Source: Macrostomum lignano
Taxonomy: Eukaryota
Direction: 5' to 3'
NCBI GenBank assembly: GCA_002269645.1
Contig: NIVC01001402.1
Coordinates: 62,001 to 126,000, forward strand
DNA length: 64,000 nucleotides
Shown: positions 1 through 15,632 of the stretch, piece after piece
How the letters are laid out: every line of letters begins with the position of its first letter
How positions within the stretch are numbered: position 1 is the stretch's first letter
Notes under the pieces: generated by a model
Database searches by the model: none
Told to the model about the DNA's origin: nothing
Seen by the model: the letters and a program-made list of their open reading frames with translations, nothing else
Program-made: the position numbers and the translations under genes

Positions 1-45
1 GGGGTGGGGAGGGTGGATAGTGGGGTGGGCAGGGGGATAGTGGGG

Positions 46-1978
<1,933 letters not shown>

Positions 1979-4799
1979 AGTTTATTTGACTTAAAGTTTA
2001 ATGTATAATGTATATGGTAAAACTAGATACGTAAAAGTAGGATAAAACAAAGCAAAACAAACAGTTAAAAAGATGTTTTAATCTTAAGTTGAAAAAAACC
2101 GCTAAAACAATTCTGACCATATATAGTGGCTGTTTTTGTGTTGCTAAAATACTTTTGTAGTATTTAAAGTAGTATTTTATTTTCAAATGCAAGTAAAAGT
2201 AAAAATCACAAAAGAATTTGTTTTAGTTTTTGAATATAAAGTGTATAATGCAAAGTTTGATGTCAGTTACAAACGATATTTTTTGTGTTTTTTTTACGTA
2301 CGGTCTATGAATTCGCGTCTTTTAACTAGAGTCTAGCGATAAAGTTAGTTATTCGCTATAAACACTAAAATGCAGAAATGCTGACCAATAGAATTCCTTA
2401 ATATCTTTATACATCTTTCATATTTTGTCTTTATGTAATTAAAATAAGCATATTTTACTTTAAACCCGCAACTGTTCTATTGAGCACAAATTTGTTTCTT
2501 GTTTGATCGCTTGTGTTATAATGGTGCAATCGCTTTTTTAAGTTTTCGCCAAATTGCGAAAAGTTTATTGGTCGGTTAACAGTTATTAGAAGATTGTAAT
2601 GTGAACTGGAAATATCTCTTCTATAAGCAAATATTCTACCAATTATCTACCAATATTCAACCAATAATAAACAAATTTAGTCATTGTTCAAAACATCGAT
2701 TACACTTACATTTTAAGCTTAGTCATAGTCATAAGCCTATGCTTGGGCAGTATAAGAGTTATAACGAATTCGATATTGCACGTCTGTCCACTAAGTCTAA
2801 ATAATGATAAAAATTAGCTTGTGCCTTAGCTTAGTTTAGCTCGTGAATATCTTTATAATTAGGCCTAATTCCCTGTGTAATTTTGTACACGATTATTGTT
2901 ATCTTTGAGGAGGCCTCTTTTGTATTTATTATTATTTTTTGCCTCTGTATAGGCCCCCCTAGCAGTATAGAGGATTAGGCGCCTATTTCATTTGTCTTTT
3001 TCTTTTAAGCCAATCCCAAATTTAGAAAAAACAGCTAGTCTTATGCCCTACATGAATTCATTTGATACAGTCAAGTTTAGGAAATATTGTGTATATATGC
3101 CATATGATATAGGCCCCTATTATTAGTTAAGCAATAAGACCCCTTATTTTTCTATTTATTTTTAAAAATAACTATGATAGATTGATAGGATGCCATGGAG
3201 AGACGGGCTTTGCTTTGCCTTATTAAATCCCATTATTAAGCTACCAAAGTTGTAATAAGGCTCTCTGTCCTGTCCTAAGAAATTTTATAAATGCTACCAT
3301 TAAGCCAATAATATCTTATCTAGGATTATCTTCTAATTGCAATGTAATATATTGATACTTTTAATATTATATCTAGCATACACATGCAACCCCTTGATTT
3401 ACATTGGCTATGCAACTTATTTTTTGACCAAAAATGTGACTTAACTATAAAAAACCCTAGTTATAGCTATAGTCTAATTACATTTGACCCCAAATATATC
3501 ATTTTAAAGGCAAAAAATGATATTCTCATTTGTTTTTTTTTGAAAAACCAATCATACTTTGCATTAATCTCTACATATAAAAATCAAAACTTTGTCTGTG
3601 TGTGTGTGTGTGTGTGTACAATTTTGATCGCTATGGACTCCCAAACTGCTCAACCAAATGACACCAAACTTTACACCCACCCTAAACTTACTACGAAGAA
3701 TGTCTTTGGCTACCTTTTAATTTCCTAGAGTTAAGTTCCTACCTAAAAGTATAAAAAACTGCTCAAAATGTGTGATTTTTTCACTTAATCCTCCATAGTG
3801 CCACTCTACTTCTACCGATTCTGTTCAAATTTGACAGTTGACACAGATAATCTTTAACTATTTTGGCACAACCCCACAATCATGTAAAATTTTGAGTCTC
3901 AAAGTTAATCCTAAGCGGTGCTGTGCACTTTTAAAGTTAGGCTGTTTTTTTCAGCATAGCACCCACCCCAACCTCCGCCTGCCTACCTCTCTTTCCGGAT
4001 CTGGGCCTGGATGTGTAAAAGGGTTTCAAAATTGACTAACTTTCAGCTGCCATAAGTTTGCTCCACGTATAGTGATTGACTTCAAACTTGACACAATTCT
4101 TCATTGACTCACTCTCTGTCTAAATATAAAGTTTCAACTCTGTAACTCAACCGAAAAAGAAACTGTAAGCATATGAAGTTTGTCTGCTTTTTCTGTTGGT
4201 TGTGCCACTCACTCACTCATTCCCCCAGAGCCAGACGAAGGGTCAGGCAATAGGACTGAATGTACATAGCAAATGTACAGTGTTTTGGAATAACTTTATT
4301 TATAGCCTTCTCTGCACCCCAAGAGTGGAGAGGCTACGTTTAGCCATGACAATTTAGTGAGAAATTCTAACCACTGCCCTCTGTATTGGCAAACTCTGCA
4401 GCAGTTTAACAGTGGATGGCAATTGGCAAATCGAGGGAATCCACTATCCAGCATGGTTTGTAAAAGTGAAAGATTTATGAAAAGGTGATGCGATGCAATG
4501 CAATACAACCCTACTAAATTAGGCATACCATGGAAATTTTAGGTTTCTTGTAAAGGTACTGTGTAAATTTTAAATGGCCTCCTAAGAAATGCATATTTCC
4601 TTGGTTGTTAGACTGATGCAGACTGCAGTGGAGCTGAAGATACACAAATTCCTTTCAGGGCTGCAAATTGGCAAGAAAGATGACATGATCAAAGCATGAG
4701 AACAACCATGAGAGTACTACGTCCCACAAACTGGCTTTCCAAGCAGGGATGGGTAGACTTTCACTTTAAAGGCCAGATAAAGAATCCAGCTCATAGCTG

Positions 4800-5408
4800 A
4801 GGAGCAGATTAAAGTGAAAGAAGAAGGAATAGACAATTCAAAGAGAGGAGAGGCGACAAAGGGGATAAAAGAAAAGTTAAAAGATAATAGAAGAGATGAG
4901 GGGGTGAGGACAATGAGAGAGAGGGGGAGAAGATGGGAGAGAGGAAAAGCGAGAGGAGAGAGTAGAGATAAGAGAGCAGAGAGCTGCAGATGAGAGGAGA
5001 GAGGAGACAGCAGAGAGGAGAGCAGAGAGGAAACAGGTGAAAGAAGAGATGAGAGAGTAAAGAGAAGAGAAAAGAGATAAAGATACATCTCTACATCTCT
5101 AAGGTTCTAGAGATGAGAGAGGTGGAAGGAGAGATAAGAGATAACAGAGAGAGGAGAGTGGAGTGAGAGAAGAGAGGGAGACAGAGTATAGAAAAGGGAA
5201 GAGAAAAAAAGAAAGGAGAAAGGAAAGTGAGGAGTCAAAAGAGGGGAAAGAAAAGAGTACAGAGGAGAGAGGTAAGAGAACATATAAGACAGAGATGCCA
5301 GATTAAAGAGGGGGGTAAGAGAGCAGAGACTCAGAGCAGAGAGAGCAGAGAGAACAGATAAAAGATGGGAGAGTAGAAAGAACAGAGGAGAGGTTACAGA
5401 GACGAGAG

Positions 5409-5475
<67 letters not shown>

Positions 5476-6060
5476 GAGCAGAGAGAAATAAGAAGAGATA
5501 AGAGATAAAAGATAAAAGAAGAGAAAGGAATGATGAGAGAGCAAAGACGAGAGAGAAAAGAGGTGAAGGAAGAGATGAGAGAAGAGGGGAGAGATGAGAG
5601 AGTAAAGGAGAGAGGAAAGGGGGAGAGAGGAGAAAGGAGAAGAGAGAGAAAATGAAAAAGTAGAGAGGAGAAAGGAGAGGAGAGAGAAACAAAGAGACAA
5701 GAGATGAGATAAGAGAGATGAAAGAGAAGAGAGATGAGGGAAGATACGAGAGAAGAGGGGAGAGATGAGAGAGTAGAGGAGAGAGTTAAGAGAAGAAAGA
5801 AAAGAATAGAAAGGAGAAGGAAGATAAGAGAGAAAAGGGGGTAAGAAGAGAAAAGAGAGGGGTAGAGAGGAGAGAGGAGAGGAGAGAGAAAAGAAGAGAC
5901 AAGAGATGAGATAAGAGAGATGAAAGAGAAGAGAGATGAGGGAAGATACAAGAGAAGAGGGGAGAGAGGAGAGAGGAGAGAGAGACAAGGGACAAGAGAG
6001 ATGAGAGGAAACAAAGAGACGATAGAAATTTTAAAGGATCCAAGGGACGTAGGGAGAGTC
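4800..6060. repeat. Purine-rich GA low-complexity tract with a pure (GA)n core (~5416-5472) and internal duplications
   Basis: Almost only A/G on the + strand; the block gagacaagagatgagataagagagatgaaagagaag recurs near 5693 and 5896. It produces the spurious S/L/F/P-rich ORFs. Confidence 0.95.
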
Positions 6061-6989
6061 AGGGAGAGACCAGAGTTTAGCAATATATGTTTTAGAGTCA
6101 GACAGACATTGCCTGACATTCTGCGCAGTACCCCAGCAAACAATGTCTCAAACCCTAATTTTACACAAATGTGCTCCATTTTATGTCTACCTCTATCCTA
6201 CTAACTATTAACAAGTTTTTGTTTGTGTATGGCCTTAGATTTCAGAATACATGCAAAAGTAGTTCCGGGTATTAGAATTCCCTAGGTTCAAAAGCGCGGG
6301 TTTCAACAGCTTGTTATAGTATAAATACTATAAACTAATAAAAAATACTAAGCTATAAACATATAATCATATCTAAACTCTATCTATTGGCTTTTGTTAG
6401 TTTAAACTCATTATAAAAAATATAGGGACAAATATTGAATAGTCCCTAATAATATAGGATAACTATTTATAAGGTAATTATTCCAATTGCTATATAAATA
6501 ACAGTAGCAATATTTGTATAGTATTGTGCAAATATTATAAATAACAATTGCCTCTTATTAAAGCTAAATGCCTTGGTCACCAATTAATAGGGGCATTCCT
6601 TTAGTTTACAATCAACTTTTATCTTGCTAGTATCAATTTATAATCACCTATATTTTGCTTATGGCAATGCAATAATGCTAGGTTTAAAACTAATAAAACA
6701 AAAAAACACAAAATTTAAAGTGTAATTTGTTGGATGATGCTTATATATTAGCTTTGGTATATAATCATTTGAATGTGTAACAAATGATTGTGATTTTGAA
6801 CCAAAGCTGGGTTAAAATTAATATTGTACATAATGCATATGCACTTATAATAAAGGTAATATTGCCAGCTTTGGTTTGCAATCATTTCAGCAAAGTGCAT
6901 ATATGGAAATGATTATAAACCAAAGGTGAGAGGGGGATTTTGATGCCCTTGATCTAGAATAAGTCAGCAATTTTCTGCATATGACTATT

Positions 6990-7480
6990 TGTTATATTTG
7001 ACACACTTTCCTACAGCTAGCTTTGGTTCACAATCATTTTAATGGGAAATATACATTTAGGTAATTGTAAATGGAAGGTGATATATAAGCTATTAGCTCA
7101 GACTTGCTACTTGACACATGGGACTATTTGACACCCTTTCTTATAGCCAGCTCTGGTTCATGATCATTTTAATAGAAAATGTACATTTGGATGATTATAA
7201 ACCAAATGTGATATACAAGCTACTAGCTCAAACTTGCTACTTGATATGTGGGACTATTTGACACCCTTTTTATAGCTAGCTTTGGTTCACAATCATTTTA
7301 ATAAGAAATGTACATTTGGATGATTATAAACCAAATGTGATATATAAGCTACTAGCTCAAACTTGGTACTTGACATGTGGGACTATTTGACACCCTTTTT
7401 ATAGCTAGCTTTGGTTTACAATCATTTTAATAGGAAATGTACATTTGGATGATTATAAACTGAAGGTGGTATATAAGCTA
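6990..7480. repeat. Tandem repeat, ~130-bp unit, ~4 diverged copies
   Basis: ggactatttgacaccc at ~7121, 7251 and 7380. Confidence 0.85.
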
Positions 7481-7879
7481 TAACAATCTTACCATCCTTT
7501 GAAATAAACAGAATTAGTTTGCCAACTTTTTTATTTATTTAAAACCATTGTTGGTTTTTACGTCTTATAATTATTTTAAGTGGTGATCCTCATTGTTTGA
7601 GGTGATCATAAACAAAAGGAAGGCTAGTTAATATTACATTTGTATTATTTAGGGTAGGCATTTTTACAACTTACCCTTGGTCCATTATAATTTGCAGTTG
7701 TGCTAGCAGTTGTGCATGTATAATATTTAGTATATTATGTATAGTTTATAGTGTATTATATTGGCCTAAGTTGTTTTAATATTATGGCACTATACCATAC
7801 TTACATATATGCGCAACCTCTGAAATATGCTGGCTGTGCAACTTAGTTTTGACCAAAAATTCAACTTTACTTAGTTTGC

Positions 7880-8010
7880 TCCTTTTGCAACTTACCTGAT
7901 CCTTTTTGTGACTTAGTTGCTCTTGTTGCAACTTACCTGATCCTTTTTGCAACTTAGTTGCTCTTGTTGCAACTTACCTGATCCTTTTTGCAACTTAGTT
8001 TGCTTCTTTT
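7880..8010. repeat. 41-bp tandem repeat, ~3 copies
   Basis: cttacctgatcctttttg at 7891, 7932 and 7973. Confidence 0.85.
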
Positions 8011-9214
8011 GCAACTTGTTTTTCTTTTGCTTCACCATTTTTACTTCCCTGAACTGTCTTTTCTTTTTCTCTTTCCTCTTGCCTTTCTTTCTTGGTTCTT
8101 GTGTTTTTCTGTTTTTGGTCGACTCAATTTTGCGACTTACCCCTGGTCTACCACGATTTACGGTGGCGGGATTGGCCAGGTCGGCCAGCAGTTGCGCATG
8201 TATGCTATACTTATCTTATTTCATATATATTCTCCAATTTAATTTTCATTTAATTTGCTCATATCAATGGTTTCTTTCACAGTATAGGTGTTAATAGGAT
8301 CAAAGAGTCACAGATACTCTGGTAAATATTCTGCAGTAAAGTGAGTTTTAGATTTTAAAAATATAAGCTTTGACACTATAGCAATTTCTAAATGAATCTT
8401 CTATGTTCAACAAAGCTTCTTTTATGTGCATATGACACTTCTTTTATATTTGACATGATACTTTAACATTTTTACATGGTGCTTCTTTTATGTCTACATG
8501 ATGCTTTTTTGGTATATCATAATGCTTCTTTTAAAGTTTTCTTGACATTAAAAAGCTTTAATAAAAACTCTGTATTTTGAAAATTCAAACCCAGGTTACT
8601 GAATTAGCAGTTCAGTCTATCAAATCCTTATTAAATCTTTATCTTTATCAGTTCGTTTGTCAAAAAATGGTGCAGTTTTTAAGTTGGCAATAAACTATCA
8701 GTTGTTATAGATAGATTTTCTGTTTGATCTTAAGCTAAGTAATATGCTAGTTGCAAATTTAGGCAAAAATGTAAATAGGCATTGAAATAATCTTTTATAC
8801 ACCCTTGTAAAGCTTTCCTTTGAGCTGCCTATTAGCACTATGTATGCACTTTGTAGTAGTACAAATGTATTCTTTTAGTTCTTTCAGCTTCTTTTTTGGC
8901 TTTTGCCATGTAAGGGAGGGCTAATAGATGCCATTTTGTACCATGGCTCTAAGGTGGAACTTACCATGGTAAGGACAAACTGGTGGCTTAGAAATATATT
9001 TCTCTAATTCATTTATTCTTGCAATTAGATAAGCACTATATTATGCTGTCAACTGTTTAGCCTATTAGCTTATAATAGAGGTCAGAAGACAATATCATAT
9101 TTTCAAGATTTTCAAGACTCAAGATCTATACTTTTGAAATAATCAAGATTTGATCAAGATATGAAATTGTGATATCATTTGACCAAATGCACTTACAGCC
9201 ACGAGCCAGCCATC

Positions 9215-12200
9215 ATGGACTACAGCGGAGCTGACAGCAGTTTTACTGCCGATATGGCAGAGGGCGGCGCCTCAGCCACCATCAACATGGAGAAGCTGCA
9301 CCGTATCCAGGCCACCATCCCTGTGCAGGATCCCAATGCGCCACTGGGATCCAATAAAAATCCTATTAGAATCATTCAGCAGGGCAATCGATTTATTACT
9401 ACGCAGAACCTGAGCGAGGAGCAGCTTAGCCAGATCACCCAGGTGAGAAATATTGGCCTGTTCACCTGTCTGTCTATAAACATGATGATGTACCATGTGG
9501 TGCTCATGGCATCCTAAGTACAATTATTAAGTAGGTGAAAGTGAGCCCAGGACCTGCCTGTAATGCCAACTGCCAAGCAATCGAGGGAAATGGAATGTGC
9601 AGTGCCTACTTGTTCGCTTCAACACTACTGTAGCCCGTAGTTGGTTATTTAAGTATGACGCGCTTTTCCTTACATACAATGGCAATTGTTAACCTTACAG
9701 GTGAAGATACTTTAATGTTTAAAGCAGGGATCGGCAGACTCCGGTCCGCTCAGGGTATGTGTCTCTTCTTAGCTCTCTCTTTCTCCTCTTCCGTCCTCTC
9801 CACTCAAATCTCTATCCCTCTCCCCTCTCCTCTCCTCCCCTTCTATTTTCTCGCCTTTCCACTTTCATCTGGCCGGCAGCCATGAGCTGAATTCTGTATC
9901 TGTACTAGGGGTAAAAAAATTTGCCGACCCCTGCTTTAAAGCAATAAGACACTTGCTCTGGACTGGGAGCCAGGTTCCAGGTAGTGAGTGGCTTTCTTAG
10001 AATCTGCGAATGAAGTTACCGAGATAGGCAGACACTTTATGGTCTGGCGTGATTCCTTGACTGCGATCCCCAAGCTTATCTATAATATTTTGATGTGAGC
10101 TGTTTTTGCGCCCGTCGCAGGTGCTGCACAACCAGTCCATCATGAGCGAGGTGCAAAAGCCGTCGGGCACCCCCGCCGCTTCCGCCGGCCGCGCCGGCCT
10201 CAGCCCGAACTCGAAGTCGCTGCTCCGCGACCTGGACAACACCGGCGCCAGCCCGGCTGGCGTGAAGCGGCGCCGCGGCAAGCGCCTGCCGGAGGAGGAG
10301 GACCCGGACTTTGATCCCATCGCCGAGGAGGAGGGCCGCAAGCCGGGCCGCTACCTGTACCCTGACGACTCCATCATCTTCCAGTGCGACCGCTGCGACC
10401 TGCAGTTCATGTCGCGCCAGGCGCTGCTCAAACACGTGCAGCTGCGCCACGAGCAGCGCGACGCCCGGCGAACCCAGTACGTGCCGGTGCGAAAGCGCAG
10501 CGCATTGAAATCGGCGGTGAAGACCAGCACGGATGAGGAGCTGGTGGACATCTGCCTGCCCCGACTGGCTAAGCTGGCTAATCCGTTCGACTTCCTTCTT
10601 GTGAAGTCGGAGCGCGGCGACCCGCCGCTGCCCAATTTGGCCATGCTGGTTGACGACCTGGTGAGTCTTGCGTATTTTGGAGCGAATTTCACAAGGTTGT
10701 CAGCGGCGACATCCTCGGCATTCAAGACGGTCTTGTCGAGCTTCTTGGCATTGGGCCGTTTTCTAAGATTATTAGGAAACTTAGTATTGTAAATGCAAAT
10801 CCAATTAGTATTGTGAAAATTGTCAGAATTCACAGAAGGCGCAAGGCGCATGCAGTGAAATTCTTGTCTGTGGCCTGTGGCTCGCTCAAAGCCTTCATCT
10901 TGCTTCTCGCTGCCAACCCTAACTGAGCTGCTCTCTCCGCTATTCTCAGGTGAATCTGGTCGACATCAGCCGGAAATTCCTCAAGGAGCACCTGGTGCGA
11001 ATTCCGGCTGGCGAGCCGCGCCCACTCGGCTCAGTGTGCATCGACAGTCAGGCCAAGGCCGACATCCTTGGCGTGGAGGCAGGCAGCTACACCGTGCGGC
11101 CCACCTTCAACGAGGGCTACCTGCCTCCCAGGCACCGCGCCTCACTGCAGTCCCGCCGCGGCCCGGGCGCCGCCGCTGCCGCCGTGTCGCAGGCGCAGCA
11201 GGACTTGGCTGGCGGCCAGGCCAGCCGCTTCGCCACTCTGCAGCCGCACCCGGTTGAACCTGACGTTGTCACTAGCGTCGGCGGCTCCGGTGTGCAGACG
11301 GACACCAGCGCCGGCAGTTTCAGCATGAAGATCGGCCCGAAGTCCACCCAGATCCGCCAGCAGTCGCAGAGGCAGCCGGCCATCACCGACAAGGACATCG
11401 CTGTTGAGCGATACTATCAGGTGAGCCGCTGGCTGTACTAATTGAGCTGAGATCAGTTGACCATCGTGGATCCAGAGCTCTTAGATTTGAAATGCCTGAA
11501 AAATGAAGATTTGTGATCTGTGAACTGTGCACTGGGAGAAGAGATAAGAAGGACATGCAGGCACTTGCTATAGGATAGGATGGGGCGCACAGACACTGGA
11601 GTTTAGATGGTGTGCACAGGCATTATTACTAATACTCGTATAAGTAAGCGGCATATAGACTGTGAAGTTCGTTGAGATTAGAGGGACATGAAAAGATACT
11701 CGTAGCCTGTGCGGATGAGGACATCCATTGCACGGCCCTGCCATTGTGAGCGAATCATTGAATATCTTCAATGAATGCCGCAAGTGCTCAAGCATCTCTG
11801 TTGATCGCCGCCCACAGGTGCTGGACGAGAACGGCCAGCCGTCAGACTTCGTGATCGAGGTGGCCACCGGACAGTTCTTCAACCGCATCACTGGCGAGCA
11901 GATCGCCGTGATGCAGGAGTCGGCAGACTTGGCTGAGCAGCCCGCTGGCGCCGTCACCCTGGCCGCCACCTCGTCTGCAGGTGCCGTGACGGTCACTGGA
12001 GTTTCTGGTGCCTCGCCTTCGAAAGCTTCGGCCGGCGAGGGTTCCGCCGCCACCGCAGCTGAGGAAGTTTCGTCGGATGTTGCTGCTGCAGCGAAGCCAG
12101 GCGCCGGAGCCGCGGAGGATGCCGCCGACAAGAATGGTGCGGTGGACGGAGCTTCGGAGGCCAAGGCGGCAGTTGGCGGCGGCGACAATGCTCAGGCCGC

Positions 12201-12492
12201 CGCTTCCGGTGCCAATGCCGAGCAGCCGACTGAAGGTGAGGCTGCGGCGGCGGCCCCGGAGGCAGCAGTGGACGGGCAGCATGCGGCGGTGGCGTCCGCG
12301 GTGGCTGCCGACACGGGCGAAGCCGTGCAGATCGACCTGAGCGCCATGTTCCCCGGGGTGACCCTGCAGGATCTGGATGACACCGTGCTGCTCATCACCA
12401 AGCCTGACGGCTCCACTCTGCAGGTTGAGCACGGAGGCCAGGGCATCACGCTAGAGTTTCTGCAGGAGCTGCTCAACACCCAGTTCGACTGA
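9215..12492 (+). CDS. C2H2 zinc-finger protein, ~637 aa; exons 9215-9442, 10121-10660, 10950-11420, 11818-12492
   Basis: Four GC-rich exons joined in phase 0 by CAG|GTGAG...CAG introns; one C2H2 motif FQCDRCDLQFMSRQALLKHVQLRH, a basic KRRRGKR patch and an acidic/Ala-rich C-terminus. Confidence 0.82.
9725..9933. mobile_element. hAT (Charlie-like) MITE in intron 1 of the zinc-finger gene
   Basis: TIRs CAGGGATCGGCA / TGCCGACCCCTG; 8-bp flanks GTTTAAAG and CTTTAAAG (7/8 identical TSD); 209 bp, non-coding. Confidence 0.8.
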
Positions 12493-13274
12493 GTTCTCCC
12501 CTGTCCTTGACTCAGTCAAATCACCTGCAACTGTTGCTTGATTATCTCGTGTGCGCTGAACTTCGCATCCCGGATGCGTTCGCAGTTCCAACTGGCACTC
12601 CATTTGTCTGTGTAATTCACTTGGCATTTTGCTCATCCAGCGAACCTGTGCGCTCTGTTTCTAGGGTCTCCCCGTACTCGCGGCTTCTGCAACCAGTTGG
12701 AAATTTATCAGGTATTCGATTGGTTCGTGTAAGTTGATTTGTACATAAGCGCGAGTGTGAACTTTAATTAAAGAGCGGTTATTTATTGCGTCATCTTTTT
12801 CTCCATTTCCTGCTTACTCTTGCTAGAGGCCGGAGCCTTTGTCCGCACCTGTCTGGCTAAATATTTCTGCTCTTTGTCATTTACGGTTTTTAGTCTCCAT
12901 CCTGGCCTGTCGCTGCTAAGTAGGACACCATGTACTTACATTCATATGCAATACTACTGTATAATGTTACTAATTTCTGTAATCCCTAGCGAAACTCATA
13001 TTGTATGCGTGCCCTGCTCTATGATATATTCGAATGCATAAGTAAACTAATGCAAGGCCTGCAAGTACGTTTCTGTTGGTTTTATCCCTATATACTGTTT
13101 CATTTTGTAGACATAAATGCCTATGTAATAGTGTTTATAAATACATTAGCTTTTCAAGTTAATCTATTATGTATGTACAGAATTGACTGCTATTGCTTCT
13201 ATTAAATCTGCTGCCGAAATTGGTCGTCATTGCCGCTGTTTCACGAGATGTTCAGTTGCTTAGACTATATTGTA

Positions 13275-13930
13275 TACCCACATCCTGTTCCCTGTATCCT
13301 TAGCAACCCCACATAATGTTCCCTGTGCCCTTAGCAACCCCACATAATGTTCCCTGTGCCCTTAGCAACCCCACATAATGTTCCCTGTGCCCTTAGCAAC
13401 CCCACATAATGTTCCCTGTGCCCTTAGCAACCCCACATAATGTTCCCTGTGCCCTTAGCAACCCCACATAATGTTCCCTGTGCCCTTAGCAACCCCACAT
13501 AATGTTCCCTGTGCCCTTAGCAACCCCACATAATGTTCCCTGTGCCCTTAGCAACCCCACCTCCTGTTCCCTGTCTCTTTAGCAACCCCACATCCTGTTC
13601 CCTGTGTTCTTAGCAACCCCACATCATGTTCCCTGTGCCCTTAGCAACCCCACATCCTGTTCCCTGTGTTCTTAGCAACCCCACATCATGTTCCCTGTGC
13701 CCTTAGCAACCCCACATCCTGTTCCCTGTGTTCTTAGCAACCCCACATCATGTTCCCTCTGCCCTTAGCAACCCCACATAATGTTCCCTGTGCCCTTAGC
13801 AACCCCACATCCTGTTCCCTGTGTCCTTAGCAACCTTGCATCCTGTTCTCTGTGTCCTTAGTAACCCCAAATCATGTTCCTTGTGTCCTTAGCAACCTCA
13901 CATCCTGTTGAACTTAGCAACTCCTAATGA
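13275..13930. repeat. 31-bp minisatellite (cttagcaaccccacataatgttccctgtgcc)n
   Basis: tagcaacccc at 13301, 13332 and onward; about 20 copies, degenerating at the 3' end. Confidence 0.95.
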
Positions 13931-14122
13931 ACTTAGCAACGCACCCCTATTAGACTGTTTCCAGTAATCCTAGCAGCAACACATCCTCTTTCCAGTGCCT
14001 TAGCAACGGCACACTTTGTCCCAAGTGTCATTAGAGCAACTGATCCCGCAGCGCATATTAACTTGCCGCACCCACCCGATGCTCTCGACTCCCTACTGAA
14101 GCAGCCCCAGTCCAGCCCAGCC

Positions 14123-14656
14123 ATGCTAAACGCGGCCGCAGATTTCCTGGCCGCCTACGGCTGGCCTCTCCTCATCGGAGTCTGCGCTGCCGCTTTCATC
14201 TACTCGCGCTACGTTCGGCCCGCGGCAGCCGCTGCCGCCCAGCGCGCCCGCGCCGCCGCCGCCAAGCGGTCGGACTCGGCGGCTGACAGCGAGGAGTTCG
14301 CAGCCAGACAGGCCCGCGTTGCCGAGGCCCGCGAGAGACAGCTCCGCCAGCTGCAGCTGGATGCAGAGCAGCGGGCGGCCAAGCAGGTGGAGGCCACCGC
14401 TGCCAACAGCGCCTCAGCCTCTGCCGGCTACGTGCCTGGCCAGCCCGGCCGCAATCGCCGCTCGCTGCTGAAGTACACTGGCGACGAGACCGACGCCGTC
14501 TCCGCCGCTCAGCAGCGGCGCAATGCCTCTAAAGGCGGCAGCGGCGGCGGCAAGCGACGCCTTCGCGATGAGTACAACCCGCTGGTCGGCGACTCGGGAG
14601 CGGCGGCCCGCTACCGCCCGCCGCCCTGCACCAGTGCGGGTGGCGGATGAGGCTAA
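14123..14656 (+). CDS. SELENOS: Selenoprotein S (SelS/VIMP); in-frame UGA at 14648-14650 inferred to be selenocysteine, true stop TAA at 14654-14656
   Basis: FLAAYGWPLL TM segment, a coiled-coil, then KRRLRDEYNPLVGDSGAAARYRP...GGG-TGA-GGC-TAA, parallel to human SELENOS (LLATYGW ... LRGGGYNPLSGEGG ... GGUG*). A SECIS-like element lies ~450 nt downstream. An upstream exon or start codon is not excluded. Confidence 0.9.
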
Positions 14657-15082
14657 CTGCGCCTCCCAGCTGGGAATGGCCGCCCCTTGCTCGCCAGAGG
14701 CTTTGAAAGGGGTGGCATTCCGCTGCAGGCCGGGCCCGGACCGAATGCCGGGTTACGGCCTCGTCAGTTGGCTGGCGCGGTTAAATGGAGTTTTTGAACT
14801 TGTATGTCCCAATTAGTGCGTAACTGAACTCTGGTACAATACAGCCTTAGCAGTGAGGACTGCCGAGTGGGGGATCAATGCTAGCGTTAAACGCGAAATA
14901 TTTCAAAGAATTCGATTCAGACTCGAGTGGCAGACAAGCGGTTGGTTGAGTTGGAAAGTTTTAGGGGAGTTTTGACACTACCTCAGCACTTATGAGTTGA
15001 TTTGCCCCCTTGGCATATACTACTGCTAGGGCAATCTAAAGTACAGCCCCTATGATACCGTTGTCTTCCCCCCATCGCGGAC

Positions 15083-15190
15083 CCGGGCCGGTGGCCAGAA
15101 TGAAGCGGCCCGGCGCAAAGCCGCCCAGTTGGAAGCCCGGGCCTCGCTGATCGATGCTCGCCCAGTGAGCTGACGGCCATCGGGCCAGGG
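15083..15190 (+). promoter_or_regulatory. SECIS element in the SelS 3' UTR
   Basis: ATGAA (15100-15104) and TGAT (15148-15151) form the tandem G.A core; helix GCGGCCCGG / CCGGGC(CT)CGC; apical AAA at 15117-15119, 13 nt after ATGA; lower stem ccggtggcc / ggccatcgg. Confidence 0.82.
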
Positions 15191-15632
15191 TCTGCGCTTT
15201 CTCTGTTCCAAATGCTTTTTGTTCTGTGATGCTTTCTCTGCCTGATGTGCGGCTGTATTTGGACAGGTGTTTGAGCCATTTTTTAGTCTTTGATTTTTTA
15301 TCTGTCTCCAGGATTTCATTGCACTGGTTCTGTGTTTTTTAATCATTTTATTTCGGTTTCAGTGACGCTTCTATCAGATGCTATTCAGCGACTGTGCCGC
15401 AGCAGCTCTCACTGCCCATTGAGGGCTGAGCTGCTCGCACAGAGTATGCATTGCCAAGCATGTTTGCATTGCTATTATACACATGCCTTGCTTTGCCTTC
15501 AACTCTGTTAATATGTGCTTTTTCGACTTGCTTTTTATTTGATATCGAATTCACTGATAGCCTAGGCTTTTTACCTTATAAATAACAAGCAGGCTCCAGA
15601 CTCCAGTATAGCATCATCAACTCACACCAGCT

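Noticed and set aside
6131-6150. CCCAGCAAAC, an EnSpm-like terminus
   Set aside because: It is a single end only, with no partner TIR seen.
4717-6204. Several 120-290-aa S/L/F/P-rich ORFs
   Set aside because: They are translations of the GA low-complexity tract.
14063-14122. TTG-initiated N-terminal extension of SelS from the ORF track
   Set aside because: It uses a non-ATG start in a eukaryote; ATG 14123 precedes the conserved TM.
14849-14935. Hairpin ctgccgagt...actcgagtggcag as a second SECIS
   Set aside because: It lacks correctly placed UGA/GA core pairs and an apical AA; the element at 15100 fits much better.
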